Of a stretch of 64,000 nt of DNA, positions 9,927 through 19,353 are shown in pieces (position 1 is the stretch's first letter; every line of letters starts with the position of its first letter). The stretch comes from an uncultured Chlamydiae bacterium (GTDB lineage: Bacteria; Chlamydiota; Chlamydiia; Chlamydiales; JAJFMA01), in contig CAVQMM010000001.1 of the NCBI GenBank assembly GCA_963713615.1, forward strand, positions 1,568,001-1,632,000, written 5' to 3'. The position numbers were made by a program, and so were the translations under genes. The notes under the pieces were generated by a model. The model worked only from the letters and a program-made list of their open reading frames with translations. It ran no database searches and had not been told where the DNA came from.

Positions 9927-10343
9927 ATGTCCTATCTGGATAAACTGGCTAAAGTCGAGGCGCTTCTTCAACGTGCTTCCTCTGAGGGAGAACGCCACGC
10001 TGCCGAGCTTGCCAAGCAACGAATCTTAGCCAGAATTTCCGATATACACACCAGTCGGCCCATCGAGTACAAGATCTCTCTGGATAGCCCGTGGAAAAGA
10101 AGGCTATTTGCAACGGTCTGCTCCAAACATGGTTATAAAACCTATCGGTATGCCAGGCAAAAACGCACCACAGCTCATGTGATGATTGCTAAGAATTTGA
10201 TGGAAGAAGTGCTTTGGCCTGAATTTTTGCGGTATGCAAAAATTCTGGAAGAACTCGTTGAGGATATATTAAAAGACTTAACGGCTAAGATCCATCATGT
10301 GGAAGAGGAAGAGTTAGAAATTGCTGGCGAGATCGCACATTGA
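9927..10343 (+). CDS. IS66 passenger protein, DUF2786-like N-terminus
   Basis: LAKVEALLQRASSEGERHAAELAKQRI; GGGAGG RBS; conserved in all three copies. Confidence 0.75.
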   Translation: MSYLDKLAKVEALLQRASSEGERHAAELAKQRILARISDIHTSRPIEYKISLDSPWKRRLFATVCSKHGYKTYRYARQKRTTAHVMIAKNLMEEVLWPEFLRYAKILEELVEDILKDLTAKIHHVEEEELEIAGEIAH

Positions 10344-11953
10344 GGAGGAGCAAGATTGTGTGAATAATTCCAGGGCAACCAAGCCTTGGGATCCTCTAGA
10401 ACACTTTCAGTATTCTTTTGGATTGCTGTGAGATAGTTATAGGGATTGATCTTATTTAGAGTGCAGGTTTCGATGACACTCATCAGAATATCAGCAATTT
10501 TGGCTCCAGTTTCATTTTTGAAAAAATAGGCGTTCTTACGGTTAAGTACGGCCCTTTTGAGTTGACGTTCGTTGTCATTGTTTGAGATTGGAACTCCAGG
10601 AATACGTAAGAACAGGGTCAGCCCCTCCCAGTGATTATCAAGATACTGAATAGCCCTCCCAAAACTGCTATTGGGCTCTATTTGCTTGGAGTCTATAAGG
10701 TCTTTGCAATAGGCTCTCATCTTGTTCATGATCGGAGCACTTTTGTCTTGGTGCCACTTTAGCCTATCTTCAGGAGTCAGGCTTTCTTTTTTTGCTATCT
10801 TGTCGTTCAGAAACACTAAGTCAAAGGACGAGACTACATTCACGCACTCATTAGGCCAGTGTGACGCGAGCTCATAAAAATTACGTCGTGCATGGGCATT
10901 GCAATAGGCTAGTTGAGTGGAATGATTCTTTGGAATGTTCCTGGACAAAGCGTCACAGGCTTGTATAGGCACTGGAAGAGCCTCGTCACGCATATCCAAA
11001 AGATCTTTTAAATTTTCTCCTGCGTGCTGTCTTCCAGTAAAAAACAAGGCGATCTCTTTGTCGTGTGCTTTTCCAAGAATGCCCGTTGTGAATATTCCCT
11101 TCCTTTCTGGATTGGCTACTTCGTTTTCCTTCATAAGGCTAAGCACTCTTGCCATCGTATCGTCGTTGTGAAGGCATTCACAGTTGGCCGCGAGTTGGCA
11201 CAGCTCTATGAAAACAGGCTCCATGCACTCTGCAACATCATGGGTCATGCCCCAAATTTCTGTATCTGAAATAGGGTTGCCCAAAATGGTCTGTATTTGC
11301 TCTTGACGATAGAAGGGCATGCCACCGCGATATTTAAGAATCGAGACTATAGCCTTAGCTGACTTATCGATTCTTGACTCAGTGTAAAGCTCTTCGGGTA
11401 GTCTAGCGGTGAACACCTGTTGACAAATAGGACAGCGAAGTCTTTCAGGTTTGTAGATATGCACATTTAACCAGGGTTGCCCCACAATGCGAAGCACCGT
11501 TCCGGAAGCTAGATTGAATAATTTGCCTTTACCACACGCAGGACAGGTAGAGCCCTTTTTAAGAACCTCGTGGGCTACTTTTATGAGCTGCGCTTCTTGA
11601 TAATCGCTTGCTGGTCGATGCCCGTGCCCTTTTGCCGGACCTGCATCAGAAGGCTTCTCACTTGAAGTATCCTCAGAAGTGCTATTTCCTTTCTCGCTTC
11701 CAGTGTTTTTTGGTCGCAGTAGATTCTTTAACTTCTGTGCACTTTCCGTCTTAATCCCGAATACAGCTTTAAGCCTTGCAATACTCAAAGACTGCTCTCG
11801 AAGAGATCCCTCCATCCATATCATTGCCCTTACAAGATCAGCAAGCAAGGGGAAATCGTCTACCTCAAGGGATTGACTCTCGATCCTCTGTATGAGGGAT
11901 TCAATCTCTTCTGTAGTAAAATCTATGCGTTTAGGTCGCTTTGCCATCTTCAA
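10295..11953 (-). CDS. tnpC: IS66 transposase TnpC
   Basis: CPACG zinc finger, MPFYRQ, LHNDDT, CNAHARRNF, SNNDNER, RKN motifs. Confidence 0.93.
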   Translation of the reverse strand: MKMAKRPKRIDFTTEEIESLIQRIESQSLEVDDFPLLADLVRAMIWMEGSLREQSLSIARLKAVFGIKTESAQKLKNLLRPKNTGSEKGNSTSEDTSSEKPSDAGPAKGHGHRPASDYQEAQLIKVAHEVLKKGSTCPACGKGKLFNLASGTVLRIVGQPWLNVHIYKPERLRCPICQQVFTARLPEELYTESRIDKSAKAIVSILKYRGGMPFYRQEQIQTILGNPISDTEIWGMTHDVAECMEPVFIELCQLAANCECLHNDDTMARVLSLMKENEVANPERKGIFTTGILGKAHDKEIALFFTGRQHAGENLKDLLDMRDEALPVPIQACDALSRNIPKNHSTQLAYCNAHARRNFYELASHWPNECVNVVSSFDLVFLNDKIAKKESLTPEDRLKWHQDKSAPIMNKMRAYCKDLIDSKQIEPNSSFGRAIQYLDNHWEGLTLFLRIPGVPISNNDNERQLKRAVLNRKNAYFFKNETGAKIADILMSVIETCTLNKINPYNYLTAIQKNTESVLEDPKAWLPWNYSHNLAPPQCAISPAISNSSSST

Positions 11954-11995
11954 CCATCCCTAGGGCATTTATTTGACAATAAAAAAACAATATTG

Positions 11996-12352
11996 TCATC
12001 GAATTTTTCGCCATGTGTCTGAAAAAGAGGCGAGGCCTGGGTCTCCATTCCACAGAAGTGTTTGGAGCTCACGAGCCTCCAAAATCACTTCAACACCGCC
12101 ACTTGCTGGTTTAGGCCACCAAGAAAACCTTCCCTTTGAAAGGCGTTTAATGCAGAGCCAAAACCCCTGTCCATCGTACACTAAAACCCTTAGAGAGTTG
12201 ACAGACCGATTTCGAAAGAGAAAAACCGCACCATCAAAGGGATCTTTGCCTAAGATTTGTCTGCAACAGGATGCAAGGCCATCGATTCCTTTACGAAAGT
12301 CAACAGGAGCAATAGCAACATAGATAAGCATTTGAGGGGTGATTTGAATCAT
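11996..12352 (-). CDS. tnpB: IS66 accessory protein TnpB
   Basis: PVDFRKGIDGL, FLFRNR, LVYDGQGFWLCIKRL. Confidence 0.95.
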   Translation of the reverse strand: MIQITPQMLIYVAIAPVDFRKGIDGLASCCRQILGKDPFDGAVFLFRNRSVNSLRVLVYDGQGFWLCIKRLSKGRFSWWPKPASGGVEVILEARELQTLLWNGDPGLASFSDTWRKIR

Positions 12353-12714
12353 GAGAACTCCCCTCTAAAGAGTTTACTAATAAGGGCAGGCAGATCCTTA
12401 ACAGGTCCAGTCCAGCGAAGAGTAAGAGGCCCTGCTTGGTGCTTGAGAGTGATTTCAACAAATGAATGAGACTCGCTAGGTAGAGGGCGCACTTGGGCAA
12501 AATCTTGAATAGTTTGTTTTCCACGCGCTAAGCGCTTCTTAAAGTACTGGACAGAGATGCCTAAGGCAGATGCAATTTCAGCAACAGAGTGAGTTGTCGT
12601 AAGATTGAACGCAGCTTGCCAGAGCTCCTTGGAGAAGCGTGGATGGCCTTTTTGCGATCTGACGCGATGAAATTCTTGAGCGACTTGTTCGAGCGAAAGA
12701 GTAGCAGATTTCAT
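12349..12714 (-). CDS. tnpA: IS66 TnpA-like HTH protein
   Basis: First ORF of IS66; AAGGAGG RBS before ATG 12714; ATGA overlap with tnpB. Confidence 0.8.
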   Translation of the reverse strand: MKSATLSLEQVAQEFHRVRSQKGHPRFSKELWQAAFNLTTTHSVAEIASALGISVQYFKKRLARGKQTIQDFAQVRPLPSESHSFVEITLKHQAGPLTLRWTGPVKDLPALISKLFRGEFS

Positions 12715-12886
12715 GAGCAACCTCCTTGGTTGTTTGCCCACGAATTTCGCTCAACCTTGTTTCAAAATCACGCACGCTCACGGGAGGGACACGATTGATT
12801 TAGTAGCCCAAACTGGGATATTTAGGACTGAGGGAAGTGATGAATGAGAAAAAGGTAAAAGAACTTAGATGGATGGCCGCTCTGGG

Positions 12887-12915
12887 GCTAGGGTCAGATA
12901 TGACTTATTGACTTT
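12887..12915. repeat. REP-like left end of the RAYT locus
   Basis: GCTAGGGTCAGATATGACTTATTGACTTT, inverted relative to 13954-13983. Confidence 0.75.
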
Positions 12916-12930
12916 TTGTCAAAAATTCTG

Positions 12931-13890
12931 TTAAGCCTTTTGAAAACCTAACAACAACTCGTTCTTTAGTGAAACAATCTCTTGTTTCAAACTAGGCAAA
13001 TCGTGGCATTTTTTATCAAGGTTACTCGCTAAACGGCTAAGACCACCCGGATCCCTCCCTAGCTTATTTGCCACCTCTATTATTGAAAGCCCCTTCAAAT
13101 CCCTTGCGATAAGTGTGATCACCGCTCTTGCATGAGCCAACTCCCTTGCTCTACTTTGAGACATGATTTCGGTTTCGGAAAGCCCATATTTTGCACATAC
13201 ATATTTGATAAGGCATAAAATCGTAATGTCGAAATCATCTCGTCCATCACATTCATTTTCTTTAGAAAGGACCGCTTGAATAAATGCATCATTTCCTATT
13301 ATTCCCGATTGAAGCCCTATCTTAAAGTCAATTTCCTCTGTCTGACCTATTGCGACATGGACAAACTCATTATATCGCCTTCTAGCAATTTCGCGATCTT
13401 CGGAATATTTTTTGAGGACATAGTCGCACTCAAGCCACGCAACCGGATCAATCCCAAGATAGGCGTTATGTCCACTCCACCTGTAAGCCTCAGGACTCTT
13501 GACGAGACCTGCTCGAACAGGATTTAGGTGAATATAACGGACCAATCTTGCCAAATAATTTTCCTTGTTAACAAGAATCGACTTAAATCTTCCCTGAAAA
13601 ACGTGACCAACTTCTCGACGAAGACGATTAGTCCGTTGCGCATATCGAAAGGCAAAGTTCTGAATAGCTGACGAAAGTCCATCATTACCTTGTTGCCAGG
13701 CGAGATGGATGTGATTCGACATTAGACAATACGCGTGTATTCGATGCCCAAAACGCTCAATGCCTTCTTGTATAAGTAGACAACACTGAACTCTGTCATG
13801 GTCTGAGTAAAAAATAGGACGCCCTTGATTACCACGAAGCATGACATGATGAATGGCTCCCGGTGAAATGTATCGAGGTGATCTTGGCAT
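12931..13890 (-). CDS. REP-associated tyrosine (HUH/Y1) transposase with C-terminal DnaA_C-like HTH
   Basis: HHVMLRGN, AYCLMSNHIH (HUH), HVFQGRFKS, RYIHLNPVRAGL, YRWS; C-terminal SRARELAHARAV...IANKLGRD. Confidence 0.9.
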   Translation of the reverse strand: MPRSPRYISPGAIHHVMLRGNQGRPIFYSDHDRVQCCLLIQEGIERFGHRIHAYCLMSNHIHLAWQQGNDGLSSAIQNFAFRYAQRTNRLRREVGHVFQGRFKSILVNKENYLARLVRYIHLNPVRAGLVKSPEAYRWSGHNAYLGIDPVAWLECDYVLKKYSEDREIARRRYNEFVHVAIGQTEEIDFKIGLQSGIIGNDAFIQAVLSKENECDGRDDFDITILCLIKYVCAKYGLSETEIMSQSRARELAHARAVITLIARDLKGLSIIEVANKLGRDPGGLSRLASNLDKKCHDLPSLKQEIVSLKNELLLGFQKA

Positions 13891-13953
13891 TGACAATCCC
13901 TTTGTCGTCGCGAACGGCATTCGAAAAAAAATTTATACCGCCTGTGTAATGGA

Positions 13954-14001
13954 AAAGTCAATAAGTCACGTCTGACCCCTAGCACGTCTGACCCCTAGCA
14001 C
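13954..14001. repeat. REP-like right end of the RAYT locus with 16-bp tandem duplication
   Basis: AAAGTCAATAAGTC(ACGTCTGACCCCTAGC)x2. Confidence 0.78.
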
Positions 14002-14337
14002 AAGATGAAAATGTCGGCTGAGTTCCTGTTTCGACTCGTTAGTCAAGGAAATTAAGATGCGATCGCCCTGGCTACGTTACCGATCAATATTGACCAACGA
14101 TAAGCCAACATGCTACGCTCCTTTGCACAGCCAACAAGATGCCGAAGGCAATAATCTTGTTTGACCACAAAAAACCACCAGCCCTAGGTGTCTACTCGCA
14201 CATGATGCCACCAATGTTACCTCAAAAAAAAGAGTCTTTTCTTTTTTTCTTTCCAACATTAAAGATAGCAGGAGTCGCGTCGCTACAATCTCAACCGGGC
14301 ATCAGCGAGGACAGCACCCCCAAATAAGCCATACATT

Positions 14338-15423
14338 ATGAATTTACAATCGCTAGACTACAACGAATTTTCCTCACAAGACGAGTTTAATCCTTGGGAA
14401 CTCCAAGGGCTTACTCTTGGCAAACACAACCTAATTGTAGGAAAAAATGCGACCGGAAAAACCCGTATCATAGGGGTCATCGATCGCTTAGCCAAGCTAA
14501 TTCAAGTACCTCAAACAAAATTGTATGGAAGTTGGTCAGCTTCCTTTGTTGACCAATTTGACCATCGCTATGAGTACTTGGTTGAGACTGAGCAAGGCGA
14601 GATTTTGCGCGAAAAACTCACTTTAAATGGTCTTGAAAAGCTTAATCGGACTCGTGCCGGTGCCAAGATATATAGTGAAAAAGCCTCAACTTGGCATAGC
14701 ATTTCTCCTCCCAATGATAGATTGGTACTTCACGTTCGCAGAGATAAAGACGAATTCCCATTTTTTGAAAGCCTCGTTTCATGGGCAACTGGAGTACGGG
14801 GTTTTAGCTTTGCCAACACTAGTCCTAACTTGATCGAGATTCCAGGTAACCCAGTTCAATTGACAAGTCTGAATGCCGTGCCATCAGCTCTTGAACAGTT
14901 ATCACCGTTTCAAATCGAAAATGTTCTCAGGCAATTGCGCGACATTGGCTACGAAATCGAAACCGCATCTACCAGGTTTACCGAAGGCTTACTACCCACA
15001 GCAAAAATAATCTATCTAAAGGAAAAAGGGATTCCTAACGCCTTAAAACAATTTGAAACATCTCAAGGGTTATTTCGCGCCTTTTCTCTGCTCACTATTA
15101 TCGAGTTTCTTAAATCACAAAGCAATGTTGGATGTATCCTAATTGATGACCTTGGTGAGGGGCTAGATTTTGACCGGTGCAGGAGAATGGCGGAGATTAT
15201 TTTTAAAAACATTCCTGATTCTAAAATTCAATTCATCACAACCTCAAACGATATTTCTCTAATGAATGCCGTGCCTTTGAGTGACTTTATTGTGTGTGAA
15301 CGATCAAATCACATAGTTCAATGCTTCACTAAAATGAACTCAAAGAAAAAATTTGATGACTGGCAACAACTAGGCTTGAATAATTTTGATCTCTTAACTT
15401 CGAATTTCTTACTAGACCGCTAG
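14338..15423 (+). CDS. ABC-type ATPase (AAA_21/AAA_15-like)
   Basis: N-terminal Walker A GKNATGKT, signature SQG, Walker B/D-loop ILIDDLGEGLD, QFITTSN. Confidence 0.85.
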   Translation: MNLQSLDYNEFSSQDEFNPWELQGLTLGKHNLIVGKNATGKTRIIGVIDRLAKLIQVPQTKLYGSWSASFVDQFDHRYEYLVETEQGEILREKLTLNGLEKLNRTRAGAKIYSEKASTWHSISPPNDRLVLHVRRDKDEFPFFESLVSWATGVRGFSFANTSPNLIEIPGNPVQLTSLNAVPSALEQLSPFQIENVLRQLRDIGYEIETASTRFTEGLLPTAKIIYLKEKGIPNALKQFETSQGLFRAFSLLTIIEFLKSQSNVGCILIDDLGEGLDFDRCRRMAEIIFKNIPDSKIQFITTSNDISLMNAVPLSDFIVCERSNHIVQCFTKMNSKKKFDDWQQLGLNNFDLLTSNFLLDR

Positions 15424-15424
15424 A

Positions 15425-16204
15425 ATGTATTTAAGAAAAATCGCCATCTACGTCGAGGGGCAAACGGAGCAAATTCTCCTTAAGCACCTCATACTGACCT
15501 GGTATTGTTACGCCGGCATCAAAATAGAGACTATTAAGTTACGAGGATACCAGAAAGTCCCCTGTACGGTACTGCCCTTTGAACCACTGGATGCTAACCC
15601 CGAATCGCTAATCTTCTTCGTGATCATTGATATCGATGGTATAGGGTCGCTTGTTTCTGCTATTGCCGATCGTGTAAAGAAACAGCGTGAGGCAAATTTT
15701 GATATTATTGCGCTCAGAGATCTCCATGCCGACGACTATCTGTCCTCCTGGAATAATCAAAAACGTTCTGGAGCGAGGCTAAGCAAGTTAGATATAATCC
15801 AGAAAATCACCAAACAAACGCGGCTAGCTCTACAACAACGAGGCTGTGAGGATAGCGATAAGATTGGTCTTTATTTTGCGATCATGGATGTAGAATGCTG
15901 GTTACTGACTTTTACAACCGCTGTGGCTAAATGGGCAAATATATCGGAAAGTGAGGTGTTGCAAGTCATAACCGGAGATGAGGAACAAGCGCGTCATTTT
16001 AATTTTGAAATGATCGACAATTCTGCCACATGTATGAAACGGATCGCAGAACTGGGCGGTAAGAAGTACGACAAATCACATGGAACCACCAAATTGCTTG
16101 TTGACCATATCACCTGCGAAGAGATTGACAATGTTTATAAATCCAACCAAAACCCGAGCTTCAGTATTTTTTGGAACAACTTACTCTGCCTGAGTCAAAT
16201 CTGA
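15425..16204 (+). CDS. DUF4276-like / OLD-type TOPRIM-fold protein
   Basis: IAIYVEGQTEQ start, IIALRD, AIMDVECWLL; 1 bp after the ATPase stop. Confidence 0.7.
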   Translation: MYLRKIAIYVEGQTEQILLKHLILTWYCYAGIKIETIKLRGYQKVPCTVLPFEPLDANPESLIFFVIIDIDGIGSLVSAIADRVKKQREANFDIIALRDLHADDYLSSWNNQKRSGARLSKLDIIQKITKQTRLALQQRGCEDSDKIGLYFAIMDVECWLLTFTTAVAKWANISESEVLQVITGDEEQARHFNFEMIDNSATCMKRIAELGGKKYDKSHGTTKLLVDHITCEEIDNVYKSNQNPSFSIFWNNLLCLSQI

Positions 16205-16211
16205 CTCTCTC

Positions 16212-16411
16212 CGGTGCAATGGCGGTGCAATTTGAGTCAGCACGAGCCGATAGAATCCAGTAGACTGAAAGGGTACAAGCTGCTTATAGTGTTGCTGATA
16301 GCGGTTGGATCGTGTTGGGTCGTAGGGTATTCCTCCGCCCTCGATAATCCGTTGGTCGCAGGTTCAAGTCCTGCTTGCCCCATTTTGTCTTTCACCATAT
16401 CAAAGAAAAAC
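16212..16411 (+). other. att-like remnant 1: arm-type CGGTGCAA repeats plus 3' half of a tRNA (16340-16382)
   Basis: 68 bp (16344-16411) identical to 57740-57807; T-arm GCAGG-TTCAAGT-CCTGC; no 5' half of the tRNA. Confidence 0.8.
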
Positions 16412-16487
16412 GTGTCCCTCCCGTGAGCGTGCGTGAAAAAAATATTCCGCCGTGGCATGATACCCCTCATTAACGTGGGAGGGTATC

Positions 16488-16904
16488 ATGTCCTATCTGG
16501 ATAAACTGGCTAAAGTCGAGGCGCTTCTTCAACGTGCTTCCTCTGAGGGAGAACGCCACGCTGCCGAGCTTGCCAAGCAACGAATCTTAGCCAGAATTTC
16601 CGATATACACACCAGTCGGCCCATCGAGTACAAGATCTCTCTGGATAGCCCGTGGAAAAGAAGGCTATTTGCAACGGTCTGCTCCAAACATGGTTATAAA
16701 ACCTATCGGTATGCCAGGCAAAAACGCACCACAGCTCATGTGATGATTGCTAAGAATTTGATGGAAGAAGTGCTTTGGCCTGAATTTTTGCGGTATGCAA
16801 AAATTCTGGAAGAACTCGTTGAGGATATATTAAAAGACTTAACGGCTAAGATCCATCATGTGGAAGAGGAAGAGTTAGAAATTGCTGGCGAGATCGCACA
16901 TTGA
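16488..16904 (+). CDS. IS66 passenger protein (DUF2786-like)
   Basis: Identical protein to 9927-10343. Confidence 0.75.
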   Translation: MSYLDKLAKVEALLQRASSEGERHAAELAKQRILARISDIHTSRPIEYKISLDSPWKRRLFATVCSKHGYKTYRYARQKRTTAHVMIAKNLMEEVLWPEFLRYAKILEELVEDILKDLTAKIHHVEEEELEIAGEIAH

Positions 16905-18514
16905 GGAGGAGCAAGATTGTGTGAATAATTCCAGGGCAACCAAGCCTTGGGATCCTCTAGAACACTTTCAGTATTCTTTTGGATTGCTGTGAGATAGTTA
17001 TAGGGATTGATCTTATTTAGAGTGCAGGTTTCGATGACACTCATCAGAATATCAGCAATTTTGGCTCCAGTTTCATTTTTGAAAAAATAGGCGTTCTTAC
17101 GGTTAAGTACGGCCCTTTTGAGTTGACGTTCGTTGTCATTGTTTGAGATTGGAACTCCAGGAATACGTAAGAACAGGGTCAGCCCCTCCCAGTGATTATC
17201 AAGATACTGAATAGCCCTCCCAAAACTGCTATTGGGCTCTATTTGCTTGGAGTCTATAAGGTCTTTGCAATAGGCTCTCATCTTGTTCATGATCGGAGCA
17301 CTTTTGTCTTGGTGCCACTTTAGCCTATCTTCAGGAGTCAGGCTTTCTTTTTTTGCTATCTTGTCGTTCAGAAACACTAAGTCAAAGGACGAGACTACAT
17401 TCACGCACTCATTAGGCCAGTGTGACGCGAGCTCATAAAAATTACGTCGTGCATGGGCATTGCAATAGGCTAGTTGAGTGGAATGATTCTTTGGAATGTT
17501 CCTGGACAAAGCGTCACAGGCTTGTATAGGCACTGGAAGAGCCTCGTCACGCATATCCAAAAGATCTTTTAAATTTTCTCCTGCGTGCTGTCTTCCAGTA
17601 AAAAACAAGGCGATCTCTTTGTCGTGTGCTTTTCCAAGAATGCCCGTTGTGAATATTCCCTTCCTTTCTGGATTGGCTACTTCGTTTTCCTTCATAAGGC
17701 TAAGCACTCTTGCCATCGTATCGTCGTTGTGAAGGCATTCACAGTTGGCTGCGAGTTGGCACAGCTCTATGAAAACAGGCTCCATGCACTCTGCAACATC
17801 ATGGGTCATGCCCCAAATTTCTGTATCTGAAATAGGGTTGCCCAAAATGGTCTGTATTTGCTCTTGACGATAGAAGGGCATGCCACCGCGATATTTAAGA
17901 ATCGAGACTATAGCCTTAGCTGACTTATCGATTCTTGACTCAGTGTAAAGCTCTTCGGGTAGTCTAGCGGTGAACACCTGTTGACAAATAGGACAGCGAA
18001 GTCTTTCAGGTTTGTAGATATGCACATTTAACCAGGGTTGCCCCACAATGCGAAGCACCGTTCCGGAAGCTAGATTGAATAATTTGCCTTTACCACACGC
18101 AGGACAGGTAGAGCCCTTTTTAAGAACCTCGTGGGCTACTTTTATGAGCTGCGCTTCTTGATAATCGCTTGCTGGTCGATGCCCGTGCCCTTTTGCCGGA
18201 CCTGCATCAGAAGGCTTCTCACTTGAAGTATCCTCAGAAGTGCTATTTCCTTTCTCGCTTCCAGTGTTTTTTGGTCGCAGTAGATTCTTTAACTTCTGTG
18301 CACTTTCCGTCTTAATCCCGAATACAGCTTTAAGCCTTGCAATACTCAAAGACTGCTCTCGAAGAGATCCCTCCATCCATATCATTGCCCTTACAAGATC
18401 AGCAAGCAAGGGGAAATCGTCTACCTCAAGGGATTGACTCTCGATCCTCTGTATGAGGGATTCAATCTCTTCTGTAGTAAAATCTATGCGTTTAGGTCGC
18501 TTTGCCATCTTCAA
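16856..18514 (-). CDS. tnpC: IS66 transposase TnpC
   Basis: Identical protein to 10295-11953. Confidence 0.93.
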   Translation of the reverse strand: MKMAKRPKRIDFTTEEIESLIQRIESQSLEVDDFPLLADLVRAMIWMEGSLREQSLSIARLKAVFGIKTESAQKLKNLLRPKNTGSEKGNSTSEDTSSEKPSDAGPAKGHGHRPASDYQEAQLIKVAHEVLKKGSTCPACGKGKLFNLASGTVLRIVGQPWLNVHIYKPERLRCPICQQVFTARLPEELYTESRIDKSAKAIVSILKYRGGMPFYRQEQIQTILGNPISDTEIWGMTHDVAECMEPVFIELCQLAANCECLHNDDTMARVLSLMKENEVANPERKGIFTTGILGKAHDKEIALFFTGRQHAGENLKDLLDMRDEALPVPIQACDALSRNIPKNHSTQLAYCNAHARRNFYELASHWPNECVNVVSSFDLVFLNDKIAKKESLTPEDRLKWHQDKSAPIMNKMRAYCKDLIDSKQIEPNSSFGRAIQYLDNHWEGLTLFLRIPGVPISNNDNERQLKRAVLNRKNAYFFKNETGAKIADILMSVIETCTLNKINPYNYLTAIQKNTESVLEDPKAWLPWNYSHNLAPPQCAISPAISNSSSST

Positions 18515-18556
18515 CCATCCCTAGGGCATTTATTTGACAATAAAAAAACAATATTG

Positions 18557-18913
18557 TCATCGAATTTTTCGCCATGTGTCTGAAAAAGAGGCGAGGCCTG
18601 GGTCTCCATTCCACAGAAGTGTTTGGAGCTCACGAGCCTCCAAAATCACTTCAACACCGCCACTTGCTGGTTTAGGCCACCAAGAAAACCTTCCCTTTGA
18701 AAGGCGTTTAATGCAGAGCCAAAACCCCTGTCCATCGTACACTAAAACCCTTAGAGAGTTGACAGACCGATTTCGAAAGAGAAAAACCGCACCATCAAAG
18801 GGATCTTTGCCTAAGATTTGTCTGCAACAGGATGCAAGGCCATCGATTCCTTTACGAAAGTCAACAGGAGCAATAGCAACATAGATAAGCATTTGAGGGG
18901 TGATTTGAATCAT
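18557..18913 (-). CDS. tnpB: IS66 TnpB
   Basis: Identical to 11996-12352. Confidence 0.95.
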   Translation of the reverse strand: MIQITPQMLIYVAIAPVDFRKGIDGLASCCRQILGKDPFDGAVFLFRNRSVNSLRVLVYDGQGFWLCIKRLSKGRFSWWPKPASGGVEVILEARELQTLLWNGDPGLASFSDTWRKIR

Positions 18914-19275
18914 GAGAACTCCCCTCTAAAGAGTTTACTAATAAGGGCAGGCAGATCCTTAACAGGTCCAGTCCAGCGAAGAGTAAGAGGCCCTGCTTGG
19001 TGCTTGAGAGTGATTTCAACAAATGAATGAGACTCGCTAGGTAGAGGGCGCACTTGGGCAAAATCTTGAATAGTTTGTTTTCCACGCGCTAAGCGCTTCT
19101 TAAAGTACTGGACAGAGATGCCTAAGGCAGATGCAATTTCAGCAACAGAGTGAGTTGTCGTAAGATTGAACGCAGCTTGCCAGAGCTCCTTGGAGAAGCG
19201 TGGATGGCCTTTTTGCGATCTGACGCGATGAAATTCTTGAGCGACTTGTTCGAGCGAAAGAGTAGCAGATTTCAT
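18910..19275 (-). CDS. tnpA: IS66 TnpA-like
   Basis: Identical to copy 1. Confidence 0.8.
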   Translation of the reverse strand: MKSATLSLEQVAQEFHRVRSQKGHPRFSKELWQAAFNLTTTHSVAEIASALGISVQYFKKRLARGKQTIQDFAQVRPLPSESHSFVEITLKHQAGPLTLRWTGPVKDLPALISKLFRGEFS

Positions 19276-19353
19276 GAGCAACCTCCTTGGTTGTTTGCCC
19301 ACGAATTTCGCTCAACCTTGTTTCAAAATCACGCACGCTCACGGGAGGGACAC

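Larger units (their letters stand above)
9851..12792 (-). mobile_element. IS66-family element, copy 1 (intact, with passenger gene)
   Basis: 25-bp IR GTGTCCCTCCCGTGAGCGTGCGTGA; 8-bp TSD GATTGATT; tnpA-tnpB-tnpC. Confidence 0.95.
16412..19353 (-). mobile_element. IS66 copy 2 (nearly identical to copy 1; no TSD)
   Basis: Same 25-bp IRs and length; flanks AGAAAAAC / AGTGCAAC differ. Confidence 0.95.

Noticed and set aside
9851..19353. Composite transposon formed by IS66 copies 1 and 2
   Set aside because: Copy 1 has its own 8-bp TSD and the outer flanks do not match, so they did not insert as a unit.
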